Assembly: GCA_964106645.2 (NCBI GenBank)
Contig: OZ067039.1
Origin: Podarcis pityusensis
Taxonomy: Eukaryota
Direction: 5' to 3' (one strand)
Length of the DNA: 64,000 nucleotides
Positions within the stretch are counted from its first letter, which is position 1. The number at the start of each line of letters is the position of its first letter. Made by a program: the position numbers and the translations under genes. The notes below the pieces were generated by a model. It worked only from the letters and a program-made list of their open reading frames with translations. It was not told the origin of the DNA and made no database searches. This document shows, in pieces, positions 1-11,250 of the stretch.

Positions 1-48
1 CATGCCATTTCCCACTTAAAACAGCCCTTTCATGCTGCTGTTTGCTCT

Positions 49-133
49 TAAGGACATCAGAAGAGCCCTGCTGGATGAGGCAACAGACCCATCTAATCCA
101 GCATCCTAAACTCACAGTGGTGAGCCAGATGCC
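49..133 (-). mobile_element. CR1 LINE 3' UTR terminal fragment
   Basis: Reverse complement GGCATCTGGCTCACCACTGTGAG..AGGATGCTGGATTAGATGGG..ATCCAGCAGGGCTCTTCTGATGTCCTTA matches the lizard CR1 3' end; the same motif is on the + strand at 28370-28450. Confidence 0.7.
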
Positions 134-138
134 ACCAT

Positions 139-180
139 TAAGGAAGGACCATAGCTCAGTGGTAGAACATTAACCTTGCA
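139..180 (+). repeat. 42-bp direct repeat: duplicated tRNA-like head of a Squam3 SINE (other copy 1001-1042)
   Basis: taaggaaggaccatagctcagtggtagaacattaaccttgca vs taaggaaggatcatagctcaatggtagaacattaaccttgca, 2 mismatches; contains the Pol III A box TAGCTCAGTGG. Confidence 0.9.
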
Positions 181-382
181 CTATTCATTATATTGAACTG
201 TAGATTTCAACAGAAGTAACTCAAAGTTCAACGAAAAAAGTAGAAGACCCAGTGGATCAGTTCATTCTCTAATCAGTTTATGCATAAGGTCCATATATGT
301 GAAAGTGTCTGTTCCACCTGTCTGTTCATAAAGTCCAGCAATCCACACGCAAGGTTGTTGCAGTTCCACAGAATCCCTTCAC

Positions 383-456
383 AGAGTCTAAGACAAGGAT
401 TTCTGGAATAGTAGCCTTGTTTCGCCGTCTTGGGCTTCATCAGTAGTACAAACTCT
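383..456 (-). ncRNA. Putative type I hammerhead ribozyme
   Basis: Minus strand: AGAGUUUGUACUA-CUGAUGA-A-GCC(CAAGAC)GGC-GAAA-CAAGG(16 nt)CCUUG-UC^UUAGACUCU. Conserved core, stems II and III and GUC cleavage triplet are present; stem I is imperfect. Confidence 0.7.
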
Positions 457-492
457 AGGTAATGCAAATAAATACAATATCGTAATCTCACA

Positions 493-892
493 GAAGGCTG
501 ATCACCGAAGAATTGATGCTTTTGAATTATGGTGCTGGAGGAGACTCTTGAGAGTCCCATGGACTGCAAGAATATCCAACGCATCCATTCTTAAGGAAAT
601 TAGCCCTGAGTGCTCACTGGAAGGACAGATCCTGAAGCTGAGGCTCCAATACTTTGGCCACCTCATGAGAAGAGAAGACTCCCTGGAAAAGACCCTGATG
701 TTGGGAAAGATTGAGGGCACTAGAAGAAGGGGATGACAGAGGACGAGATGGTTGGACAGTGTTCTCAAAGCTACAAACATGAGTCTGACCAAACTGCGGG
801 AGGCAGTGGAAGACAGGAGTGCCTGGCGTGCTCTGGTCCATGGGGTCACGAAGAGTCGGACACGACTTAACGACCAAACAACAACAACAACA
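493..892 (+). mobile_element. Bov-B (RTE clade) LINE, 5'-truncated 3' fragment
   Basis: Encodes RVPWTAR.SN.SILKEISPECSLEG..LKL.LQYFGHLMRR.DSLEKTLMLGKIEG.RRRG..WRALVHGVTKSRTRL; in-frame TGA at 734-736; (ACA)n tail; 9-bp TSD aatctcaca at 484-492 and 893-901. Confidence 0.97.
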
Positions 893-1002
893 AATCTCAC
901 ACATTTTCACAGCAAAATTAATATAAACACTGTCAACAACTGTACATACCATATATGATATCACACGACAGTGTATCTTACAGCATAATAGTAGCTGCTG
1001 TA

Positions 1003-1190
1003 AGGAAGGATCATAGCTCAATGGTAGAACATTAACCTTGCATGCAGAAGGTCCCAAGATCAATCTCCAAATACAACTGGGAGTAATCCCTTTCCTGAAA
1101 CCCTGGAGAGCCACTGCCAGTCGAGGTAGACAGCGCTGAGCAAGTTGGACCAATGACCTAACTAGGTATAAGGCACCTTCCCATGTCCCC
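1003..1190 (+). mobile_element. Squam3-type tRNA-derived SINE
   Basis: tRNA-like head (TAGCTCAATGGTAGA..TTGCATGCAGAAGGTCCC), body GAAACCCTGGAGAGCCACTGCCAGTC..GTAGACA, CR1-like tail GGTATAAGGCACCTTCCCATGTCC. Confidence 0.85.
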
Positions 1191-3760
1191 TGTAGAATGC
1201 AAAGAAACACTCTTCCCACTTGCGATTCTCAGCAACTGGCCATCACACTGCCTCCAATGGTGGCCACAAAGTCATTTGTGACCAGGAGTCATTGACAGAG
1301 AAACTCCCGAATGGTGAGGCTAATACCAGCAGGGCTTATCCAGCGGATCTTAGTAAGCCATGTTCACATAGGTGCGCACTAAGGTATGCAACCAGATGTG
1401 CTGACACAGCACCCATCTAGCACCAACAAACCTCCATGTAGGCATGTCCTCAGTTAAGGCACTTAACACATGTAATTGGATTTTAATGGCTCAAAGGCCT
1501 CCACACTGGAGATACTGAAGTATGGCAGATCAAAGAGGCTAAGGAAAGCACTGTCCCTTTAATCCTGCATCAACTAATATCTTCAAGGTCTACAAGTGCT
1601 TAGATATTTTATTTATGCAAGTGGCTGCAGGGCACTTGATGGATGCAGCAGCTGCTGTCCCTCTGTGACTCATAGGTGCCTCCCCTCAAGACGTTTGATA
1701 TTCCTGTCATCCCCTCACTCCTAAGGCTGCAAGTGTTGGCAAGCAGACAACTGAGAAGAATTCAGAGTGTTGAGAGGCAGGAAGTGGGCGCCGAAGAGGC
1801 CCTTTCAGGAGGAGGGAATCCTAGTCCCTGCCATACCAAGAATATCACAGCTGCTCCCCCTGGAAATGCTTCTCCTCTTATCACAGGCTCTAATCAATGA
1901 ATCGGTTGAGGTCCGTTGGCTTCCACAGCAGCCACCCACCCAATGACACCTAAATATTTCCCTCCTCCAGGAGACAAAGAAGAAGGAAGTGGGGCCTGGT
2001 TCTTGTCAAGCAGCTGGGCTGACAGCTTTACAACCACACTTGGGAGAGGAGCTGAAAGGAGGAGCATTAGATTTAATCAGTGCTGACAGGGATAGGTGAT
2101 GAATATTTTTATAGTGGAGGAAATGTATCGAGCAGGGGAAATTAGACCGAAAGATGATAAGGATCTCAGCCTGACAAAGCCAATTAATTGCTGTTTACAA
2201 ATGACCGAACCTGATAGATCAAAGGCAATGCACTTCTTTTGTACTGGAAGTCTTGGCTTTCCAGTGTTGCTCGCAAGGCTTCCATTCCAGGAGGAATGCT
2301 CTAAATGCTCAAATATGTGTAGCCTGGTATTTGAGGGTTAATCTGTCTATGAATAGTGGTTCTTCAGACAATGCCTGGAGGATCTGAACTTTACCCAGGC
2401 ACCGAGGAGACACTGAAGAAAAGCCCCACAGAGTCCTGAAATGCAGGATAAAATTTTAACGTTGAAAATGCATGCAGCGCTGGGATTAATGTGAGCATCT
2501 CATATTGAGAGGTACAGCATGAGCATAAACAAATGCAGAATGTGTGAGACTGAATACAGGCAGCAGGGGGGAAAATATGTGGAGATACAGGACGATATAT
2601 CACTATATATGAGGATGGATGGACAGAGTGACAACATTAATTAACTGATGGGTATAATTTTGAGCTAGCTCATTAATGAATAATGAAAATGTGGATTTTA
2701 AGAAGCTTAATTGCAACAACTCTCAGTGAAAAGCTGTTCAGTGCTGACAGCATTTCACAGAATCTCCATGCATCCCTTGATCTTGGAAACATGTTAATGA
2801 AATTATTGGATTTCTATCAAGCGATAGTGACATTTTATCTTTATAAATATGCTCAGAATCTCACCTATGTTAAGGTCCATGAAGTACTCATGTCTGAAAT
2901 GAGGCTATGCTATGCCCAATCTATACATTATTTTAGCATAGATTCAGGGATCTATGCGGTATTACACAGGCAGTTTGTCCCAGGGAAACAATACAGGATA
3001 GATAGGTATAGAATAGATCACTTGGTACCTGGAATGAAATTTCCTCTATGATTCTGTAATGCCCTTTGAGCTAAAAATATTTGTTGGCAGGTTATTTTAT
3101 ATTAACTTTTTTATTAGACTGCTAAGTACTTAACTAGGAAGTAAACCCCATTGGACATAATGGAACTTACTTACGAATAAGCATGCATAGGATTGCATTG
3201 TAAATTCCCTTTATCTTCTCCAAACTTAAATGGGCTGAACAATGCAATTTTTAAATTATTATTTTTATTTGTTACCTAGAAAAGAATTATTCCACCACCC
3301 CAATTCCAAAAACTTGTGACATATGGTTGCACCGACATTGACATAGGAGATATTATTTTGCTCAAGTCTCTACTGCTTTCCACTGCTCAGATGCTGAATG
3401 CGTGAAATGCACCCTCCATGACTATATTCTACTTCTGAAAAAACTGCAGCCTTTTGAGTGTGGGCTCCTTGCCAGAGATGGTAAATCACCTTTAGAAGAC
3501 AGCTCTCTGTAACAATAACTGCTGCTAGCAAAATCTATCCATAGTGTTGCAACACCATTTAAGAACATCGACTATAGCTTATCACACAAAGCACAATATA
3601 AGCAAGAGCAATCTTGATGTCACCAACAATAGAGGCCAGATCGGCCAATTTGAAGCTGAACAAGGGAGTTCTCAAAGTCTAGAACTCATCAAGATTACAA
3701 CCCCAATGGCTTTTATACGATACATTAATCCATAGAAAACTTAAGAGCCCAAACAGAAAG

Positions 3761-3943
3761 GAAGGGTTGTAGTTCCATGACAGAACATCTGTTTTGTGAG
3801 CAGAAAGCCTCTGGTTCAATCCCTGATATTTCCAGGCAGGACTGGGAATGTCCCATATCTCAAACCCTGGAGAAGGCAGCAAATATAGACAACAATGAGC
3901 TAAGTGAGCCAGTGGTATGATTTGGTATAAGGCAGCTTCTTAT
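3761..3943 (+). mobile_element. Squam3-type SINE, degenerate
   Basis: B box GGTTCAATCCC, AAACCCTGGAGA body, GGTATAAGGCAGCTTCTTATG tail; colinear with 1003-1190. Confidence 0.75.
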
Positions 3944-4088
3944 GGTGCAAATTTGCATGGTTATTCATCAACATTTCCCAGCTTCTATTTTTATTATTTA
4001 AAAAATCCCTAATTTGAGATGTTAGGGCAGTTCGATCTGCATTTTTAGCTTTCTGCTGACTGTTTCTCTTTTTTTTTACACTAATAGA

Positions 4089-4156
4089 AAAAGAGGAAAC
4101 CTCCTTTAGACCCTCCGTATATAAAAGAGGAAACCTCCTTTAGACCCTCCGTATAT
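4089..4156. repeat. Perfect 34-bp tandem duplication
   Basis: aaaagaggaaacctcctttagaccctccgtatat x2. Confidence 0.95.
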
Positions 4157-4642
4157 ACCAGGTCAGTGTCTTGGGAAGAAAAAAAAGCACCTCCTTAAAG
4201 GTGACCTAATGAAATCTGAGCCAGTGTGTTTGAGGAGAGAAGAGAGGCAGCAAGGACAATCATTAGATGCCTCAAATGAACTAAGCCTCAAGCTATTCAA
4301 CCACTTGATTGTGAGTGAGATGCTTTGATAATCCGGGGTTGTGAACTACAGTCTCTGATCCAAAGTTACCATACTTAATAAAATATACTTTGATAATAGG
4401 AACCTTATACAGATCAGCCATCAATCCATAGCCCCTTCAGATCTTGTTAAGAAAGCTCTAATGATCATAGCCAATAGCTAGGGATGATAGGAGTTGTGCT
4501 GCAGCAACAACTCATCAGCTATCCCTGATCTAGCCCATTAGTACCTACTCTGACTGGACTCTCCAAGCTGAGGGATCTTTCCCAGCTTGGGTATCTGAGA
4601 TGTTTTTAACTGGAGATACCAGAAACTGAACTTGGCCCCCTG

Positions 4643-4801
4643 CATGGGGATAGCCAGGAGGGTGCAGGAGGAGGGCAGCTGCCCCTCAAAATCAAGTAAA
4701 TAAATAAAAATACTTAACTGACCAGTCGGGTCACAGATCTTGGTTCTGCCCCCCCCAACATAAAGCATGCTCCCACAACATAAATCCTGGCTATACCCAT
4801 G
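4643..4801. mobile_element. hAT-type MITE inserted in a decayed minus-strand Squam3-like SINE
   Basis: 17-bp TIRs CATGGGGATAGCCAGGA / TCCTGGCTATACCCATG (1 mismatch); 8-bp TSD gccccctg / gcctcttg. Confidence 0.75.
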
Positions 4802-4818
4802 GCCTCTTGCATATTCAC

Positions 4819-4821
<3 letters not shown>

Positions 4822-4852
<31 letters not shown>
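4822..4852. repeat. (TG)n microsatellite
   Basis: Direct inspection. Confidence 0.95.
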
Positions 4853-4854
<2 letters not shown>

Positions 4855-7136
4855 GGTACAGCATAGCTGCTTCAGTTTCAACAGAATTTACCTTCTCAGT
4901 GCACAAGCATCTGTTCTTACCAGAACATAAAAGACCAGGAAGGAGGGAGTGTTACAAAGAGTCCCAGTGGAAGCATGACAGGGGTAGGGGAGGAATTTAA
5001 CACTCCTGGAATTAATAGCTAGGAAATGGGTGGAGGGGTGCAGCTGATGTCATCATAGTCTGGAAGAAGGAAATTGGTGAGTGAAATGAAAAGGTCTCCA
5101 ATACTGACCCTGTCTGCATAGAGGCTCAGAATAGGCCTAAGAGCATAGCTTGAGGTAGATGACTAGCATCCCACCTCTCTACAGATTTATCTCCTTACTA
5201 CACCTAAAAGCAACATCCAGAAGCTCCTATGTTTAGAAGAAATACCAATAACAAAACAACAGCAAACTCTTATTAAGCCAAATCTGAGTCAAGCGCCCTT
5301 TTTAAAAAGTGTGTTTGGCAGCCTTTCCTGAAGACTAGGTGAGATGTAACCACATGGTTCTCCTTTGGGAGATAATTCCACAGATCTGGGTGATAGCAGT
5401 AAAGGACAGAATGACAATTTTATCTCATGTAATGATCATACTTTGAGAGAAACCTATGTTAGAGATCTTGACAGGAGCTGGAGCCCATGTCAGCATAGAC
5501 CCACATATTAAGAAGGCAAAAACTTAGGCAGAAATCAGAGGCCTAACCTGCTGTAAAGAAAGAAGGGGCAAAAATCTAATGGTTGTCAAAGTGGCTAAAA
5601 CCAGCCCTGCACATTGGTATTTATTAAGAAAGCAATTTATCATTAAAATTACTAAAGGCAAATTCAGGATAAAGTAGGTAATTTGAATATTCAGCCTATT
5701 CCCACATCAGACACTACCAAAAAGGGGGGGGGGGGACAGAATTCAGCATAAACTTTGAATATGTTTACATATAGTTGTAAGGTTAGAAATGATTGCAATA
5801 ATTTAAATAGAAATACAATGCATCTCACCATAACAGAAAGAGCTTTGACCAGGTGACTTGCTGGTGTGTCGTCCAAGTGCCACTTCAAGGTTCCTGCTCT
5901 CCTTTTCATCAGGCTTAAACAGGCTTGGACCAAACAGCCTTCAAATAGAAGCCCATGGCCACACCACTTCCTACTCTGTGCACATTTGTTAGGCAGGAAT
6001 GTGAATGTTGCATCAAAACATGAATGGGCAGAAAGCAAAACCCATTGTTGTCGAGTTGCCATTTTTTAAAAAATACGAACATAATATCAACCTACTGTGA
6101 GCCACACTGGTTTGTCTGAAGCCAAACAGCTGCCAATTATTCAAATGAAAATCCTCATTACCTTAGTAAGCACTTTGGTTTCTTGGAGACAGATTTGACA
6201 CGCCAATTCATTTGCTTGCTTCTTTTGTATAATGGTACTCCATTTCGAAGACCAGGCACAAGAGCTTTTCTACCTGAGTGGAAAACCAGGCTTTGAAGAA
6301 AAGAAACAAAACTGGGATTGTTATCTAAACTTTCTTATCTTTGAACGAGCCCTCCTGAGCACAGTTAAAGAGCTATTCTATTAAAAAAACCCAACTTTGT
6401 ACAGTTACACTTTGCGAGGGAATGTATGGCACTGGTTTAGAAAACAGGGGAGGGAGGTGTGATTAAAGTCACTTGCTGATTCCAGAGAATTGTTGTTCAA
6501 TCCAGTCCTTAGGGTCATTTTAGCTACAGCTCTGGGAATTTATGTCACTGTAGCTAAAGCAAGTATCCTGGATGAGGCAAGTGGGGCTATTAAAATTAGT
6601 CCTTTAAGGCTTTGTTACTTAAAGTGATCCTCAGCATAGGGATGCTGTACTAGTAGTGCAGGAAGTCTGGAGTTTCACTGAGGAGTCTTAAAACTTTACT
6701 CAGTGAGCTATTGATAGACACACCCTAAAAGCCAAGAAAGCTTCCTTGAATTTTAGAGCTGCTGTACCCTCAGTAGAAGGTCAGGTCCCTAACACAAGCA
6801 GGAAGAGACGGCCTTCCTCTGCATTGCTCTTGCGCACAACAGCTCATAGCATTAACTCTCCCAGACTTGCAATGTTCAAAGTTTGCAAATTTCATACACA
6901 AACAAACTGCAAAAACCTCCTCTCACACCCATTAAATCTTTACAGCTTCAATAGATTTGGTTTGTTGGTTTTGCATTTACATAATCAGAAGATTATGGAC
7001 TTCATCTTATGCCATCTTTAAGGTGCCACAACACTGTCTATAATCAGAAGAATCACATCCAGCGTTCAGAAATGAGGCAGTTGGTTTTTTTCCTCCCTTG
7101 TTTGTTTCTTTGAATATGAGCAAAAATCTACCATGG

Positions 7137-7140
<4 letters not shown>

Positions 7141-7167
<27 letters not shown>
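7141..7167. repeat. (CAG)9 trinucleotide repeat
   Basis: Direct inspection. Confidence 0.95.
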
Positions 7168-8288
7168 TCCATAAGAGTTTCCAAGGGGGAGATATGGAGA
7201 TGGGCATTTGTTCAGGAAGTAGGAGGGATGGATTGCCTCTAACAATTACCGACAAGACAATTGTGTGTTAATTTGCATTTGCTGGTGAGTATCCCTTCAC
7301 AACAGAGAGAAGGAGAGAGCTCATTAAGGATAGATTAGGTCTGACATGACTTTACAGCCCACAAAGCAAGAGGAGCATTAAGTCCATGGAAACGTGCAGT
7401 TTGATTGCTACTTTCACATTCTTTTCACCAGCTCACAGTGTTCCCCACGAACATCTGCCTTTCAATATTCTCATCTGAATAACTTGCCTTCTCCTTCCCT
7501 CCCCCTGTTCAGGGTGTGCTGATTGTCTTTGATACAGACACAAATCTATCCAAGCCTGTGTGCTTTAGGGTGTTTTGTACCTTCTTAATGGGTTAAATAC
7601 TGGAACTAAATGTGCAAATGACAACATAAGGATGTATAGAGTTGCCAACCTTTTTTCATTTCCTTGCAAAATATTTCTCTTGCTCATGTGCCTTTAAAAG
7701 CTGCCTGATGCGCAACAATCCATCAGGCGAATCTTTTCCTACCATGGAGATGAAGCGAAGGGAAAAGCTTCACATCTTTCATTTCTTGAGTGGGTGTTAA
7801 AGCCACAGGAGTAGGGCAGGTAAAAATGTTAGGTACCTAAGGCTATAGCATTCACCTGAGATATATCATACACCTTTAACATCAGAGAGCTACTGGTTCT
7901 TGCCATAGGCAAGGCATTTCAGGTCATCCAGCTTATCACTCCAGCATCTGCAGGAATACTCTGCTCCAAGTGTTTTAAGGTTTTTATAGTACTTGGGAAT
8001 GGGTCTAATGGGGAAACAGCTCTCTGAGAAAACTGGCAGGGGTATAACAATCAACGCACACCTACTTATGGATAGTTACTTTAGAATTACTGTTTCAAGT
8101 CATTTTAACACTTAAAAAAGCCCAGTCAGAGAAAACACAAATATGCAGAAGACATACAAAGTAGTCCTAAAAAAATATTTGGGTTTTAGACTCCCAAGAC
8201 TGAAATTGAATTTCACATTGCAGCAAATCCAAGCTGAATGCACAAATTTTATTTTCATATTGAAAGTTTTTGTTTTGTTTTAAGGTAA

Positions 8289-8549
8289 GAAGAAGAGGAG
8301 GAGGAGGAGGAGGAGGAGTTTGGACTTGATATCCCGCCTTTCACTCCCCTTAAGGAGTCTCAAAGTGGCTAACAATCTCCTTTCCCTTCCTCTCCCACAA
8401 CAAACACTCTGTGAGGTGAGTGAGGCTGAGAGACTTCAGAGAAGTGTGACTGGCCCAAGGTCACCCAGCAGCTGCATGTGGAGGAGAGGGAAGTGAACCC
8501 GGTTCACCAGATTACGAGTCCACCACTCTTAACCACTACGCCACACTGG
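8289..8549 (-). mobile_element. Squam2-type tRNA-derived SINE, full length
   Basis: Minus strand: CCAGTGTGGCGTAGTGGTTAAGAGTGGTGGACTCGTAATCTGG head, GGGTGACCTTGGGCCAGTCAC core, L2-like end and (CTC/CTT)n tail; homologous to 48611-48844. Confidence 0.9.
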
Positions 8550-11127
8550 TTAGTGTCAGCACATGAGAAGGGCTTTCTCCCAGATGCTGCTACATATGCA
8601 AAATGTATTTCCCTCAAAGGCTAGGTCATTTTCTTTATTTGTGTTCTGCTGGAATTTGAAAGGTTTCCTTGTTAAAGCAAGCTTTTGATTCCGTAGCTGT
8701 TTAAGGACCCTTCTAGTTTCTCTTCCACATGCTACCACATGATATCCTTAGTGCTCCACTGCTATTTTGGAATATTGCAACTGCTCTTTCTTCCATCACA
8801 AGAATTCTGAGATTTGTGCAAGGTCCAGAATGGTTCTGCAATCTTTTCATTGAGTGGAAGGCGTTTTACGCAATTTCTCACTTTTATGTCTATCAGGGTG
8901 TTTCGTACAATCACCCTCCAAAACACGGCAATCTGTTCTAGTGCTATAAATGGTATATCTGGAAAGGTCCTCATTTATTATGAGGGCTGCTCTTTGTTTC
9001 TTCACATTTTGTGGCTATTTTTTGTTTGATAATCTGGGGTTTATTGTTTGGATTGTTATTTTTATGCTTCCATTTTTATTTGTAAACCACTTATTGTATG
9101 GCAATTCTTTTATGCAGGGAGAAAGCAGGATATTATTTTTTAACACAATGAAATAATAAATTAATATAACAAAAGGGAAGGGAGCCCATACTTGCCTTCT
9201 TTAAAACCTCTAACCATTTAGACCCCCTCAGGTGTACTAACAGTAAACTAGCATCTGAGCTCATAATTCAGCAAATATGCTGAACTGAGTAACTCAGAAG
9301 TCATCACTCATGTGTGGACCAATGCATGTGTAGCTCCACCCCCAACATCGCATGTTCCAACTAGCTCCACTGCCAGCATCTGTACATAAAGCATGAATGT
9401 CTGCAGGGACATTCACATGTACACAGAAACACAGAAGCTTGGTCTCTGCAGCTGCTCATACCGTATACATGAATGCCAGGGAGCAGGGCTAGTCAGTACA
9501 CACCATGTCACAGGTAGGGCTAGCCATAGTCCCACTTGTTGGTCTACATGTCATGATAACTTCTGAGCAGGACCATTCATTGGTGATTTGTTCAAACAAT
9601 TGTCCCATAAGATGGGTTCCAAAATGTATTTCCCCAGGACCTGAGCATGATCTCCTCACTCAAGGGAACTCTTTTATATGTTTGCGTAGACAAGGTATAA
9701 CCTGAAGAAATAGATCAGCCAGCCTCTTACAAGTAAAAAAAAAAAAAAAAGTGGGGGTGGGGGGAGATGGAGGGAGAGATATAGTCTGAATGGCAACACA
9801 CACATTTCCAGATTTCCAGATTTTCGAATCGGAGTTCTGAGTGTGAACTTGCCTCTACGTCCTACTCCTGTCTCGACAGCTTTTATCCCGGCAAGATTTG
9901 TGGCTAGATAATTCTAAATGACCATCTCCCCACAACAAAGCCACCTCCTTTAGATATGTGCAGATGATATAGAAAATGGGTGGTTCAGGCCGATTTCATG
10001 AGGCCCTAATAAATCTTCAGTAAATTAAAGCTCATCCCCTCTCCTCCTCTCCTCAGGCCTTTGTCTTGCTAATACACATTAGGCCTTGGCTGGCTACACA
10101 CTTTGAGGCCTTTTCGGAGGTGAGGCCTGTACAAAGCTGCAGATGTGGGGGCCTTCAAGGACCTTTGCCCCCAATGTTAGCCATTAACATCAGCCATGCC
10201 AACACAGGAATTTCATCATGGTTCTCTCTCCTCAAAAAGGACTTAGAGTAACAACTTTAGCTTTTGAGGGCTGAGAGAAGGCGGGGGGGTGAGGGGAGGA
10301 GGAGGAGAAAAGAAATGGGGGGAGGGAGAAAAGAAAGAATGAGAGAGGGGGTGTAAGGGAGTAAAAGAAAGATTTCAAGGGAGGTTTGTCCCCTTGTAAA
10401 GTCTGGCCTTCTCTTTAAATCACTGGCTGTTGCTGAAATGGTTTAAGAAAATGGTGACTCTCTTTCAGATGTTGGCACCAATAAAAGCATTTACTGGCGT
10501 ATGATCTATCTTCTTTGCCTCTGCCATTTTATCACCCTCTTAGAAACAGGCCACACAACAGAGGCCCAGAGCAGCTTGGCTCTTTCATCCCACACTTATG
10601 GTCCTTTTGGTTCCCAAAGTCTGAATGTAATACATAACTAGTGCCTAAACTATGGTAATAGGAAGTAGTGGTTTGCCCACCCAGAGTGTCGGGAAGGACC
10701 TAGAGTCTCTAGATTTAAGTAACAGTTATAAGTAACTCTTCATGCTCTCTAGAAACAACATAGCAACCTATCTGACCTGACAAAAAGTTGACCTAACTCC
10801 AGAGTTTCCATGTTGTTCACTTTCCAGTTGAGAGTCAATTTAGCCATTGTGAAACCCAAGCAAACTGGGGAGAAAAGTAGAATAACTATCTTAATTAAAC
10901 TGGTGACATCCTTGCAATATTACGCGTAAACTTGTTTGTTGTACAAGGTGGTAAAACATTGTGGGCGGGATTCAGCTAATGAGTCACTTCAGTGGAAGCT
11001 CAGCACAAGGACTTTCACTTGCAAAATGATGCTCTCTACTTCTCCTCCCCCGGGGGCCATCCCAAGATTGGCTCAGGGTCAAATGGGGGGGGGGGGAAGC
11101 AGATGGTTCTGTCACTGTCTGGCAAGC

Positions 11128-11250
11128 AGAGGTAGGTTAGGCTAAGAGGCAGTGACTGGTCCAAAGTCACCCAGTGAGCTTCACGGCCAAGTGGGGATTT
11201 GAATCCTGACCTGTCAGGTCCTAGTCTGACACTTTAAGCACTACACTACA
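11128..11250 (-). mobile_element. Old Squam2/MIR-like SINE fragment
   Basis: GTGACTGGTCCAAAGTCACCCAGTGAGCTTCA..GGGGATTTGAATCC..TTAAGCACTACAC; a similar fragment lies at ~40850-40972. Confidence 0.7.

Noticed and set aside
139-180. tRNA gene-like sequence (also 1003-1070 and 50123-50198)
   Set aside because: SINE heads: no intact cloverleaf or acceptor stem, and they continue into SINE body or are truncated
502-900. 132-aa minus-strand ORF (VVWSLSRVRLFVTPWT..)
   Set aside because: Antisense frame of Bov-B, a well-known artefactual ORF
2683-3051. 122-aa ATG-initiated ORF
   Set aside because: No recognisable domain, no clear splice context, composition like AT-rich non-coding DNA
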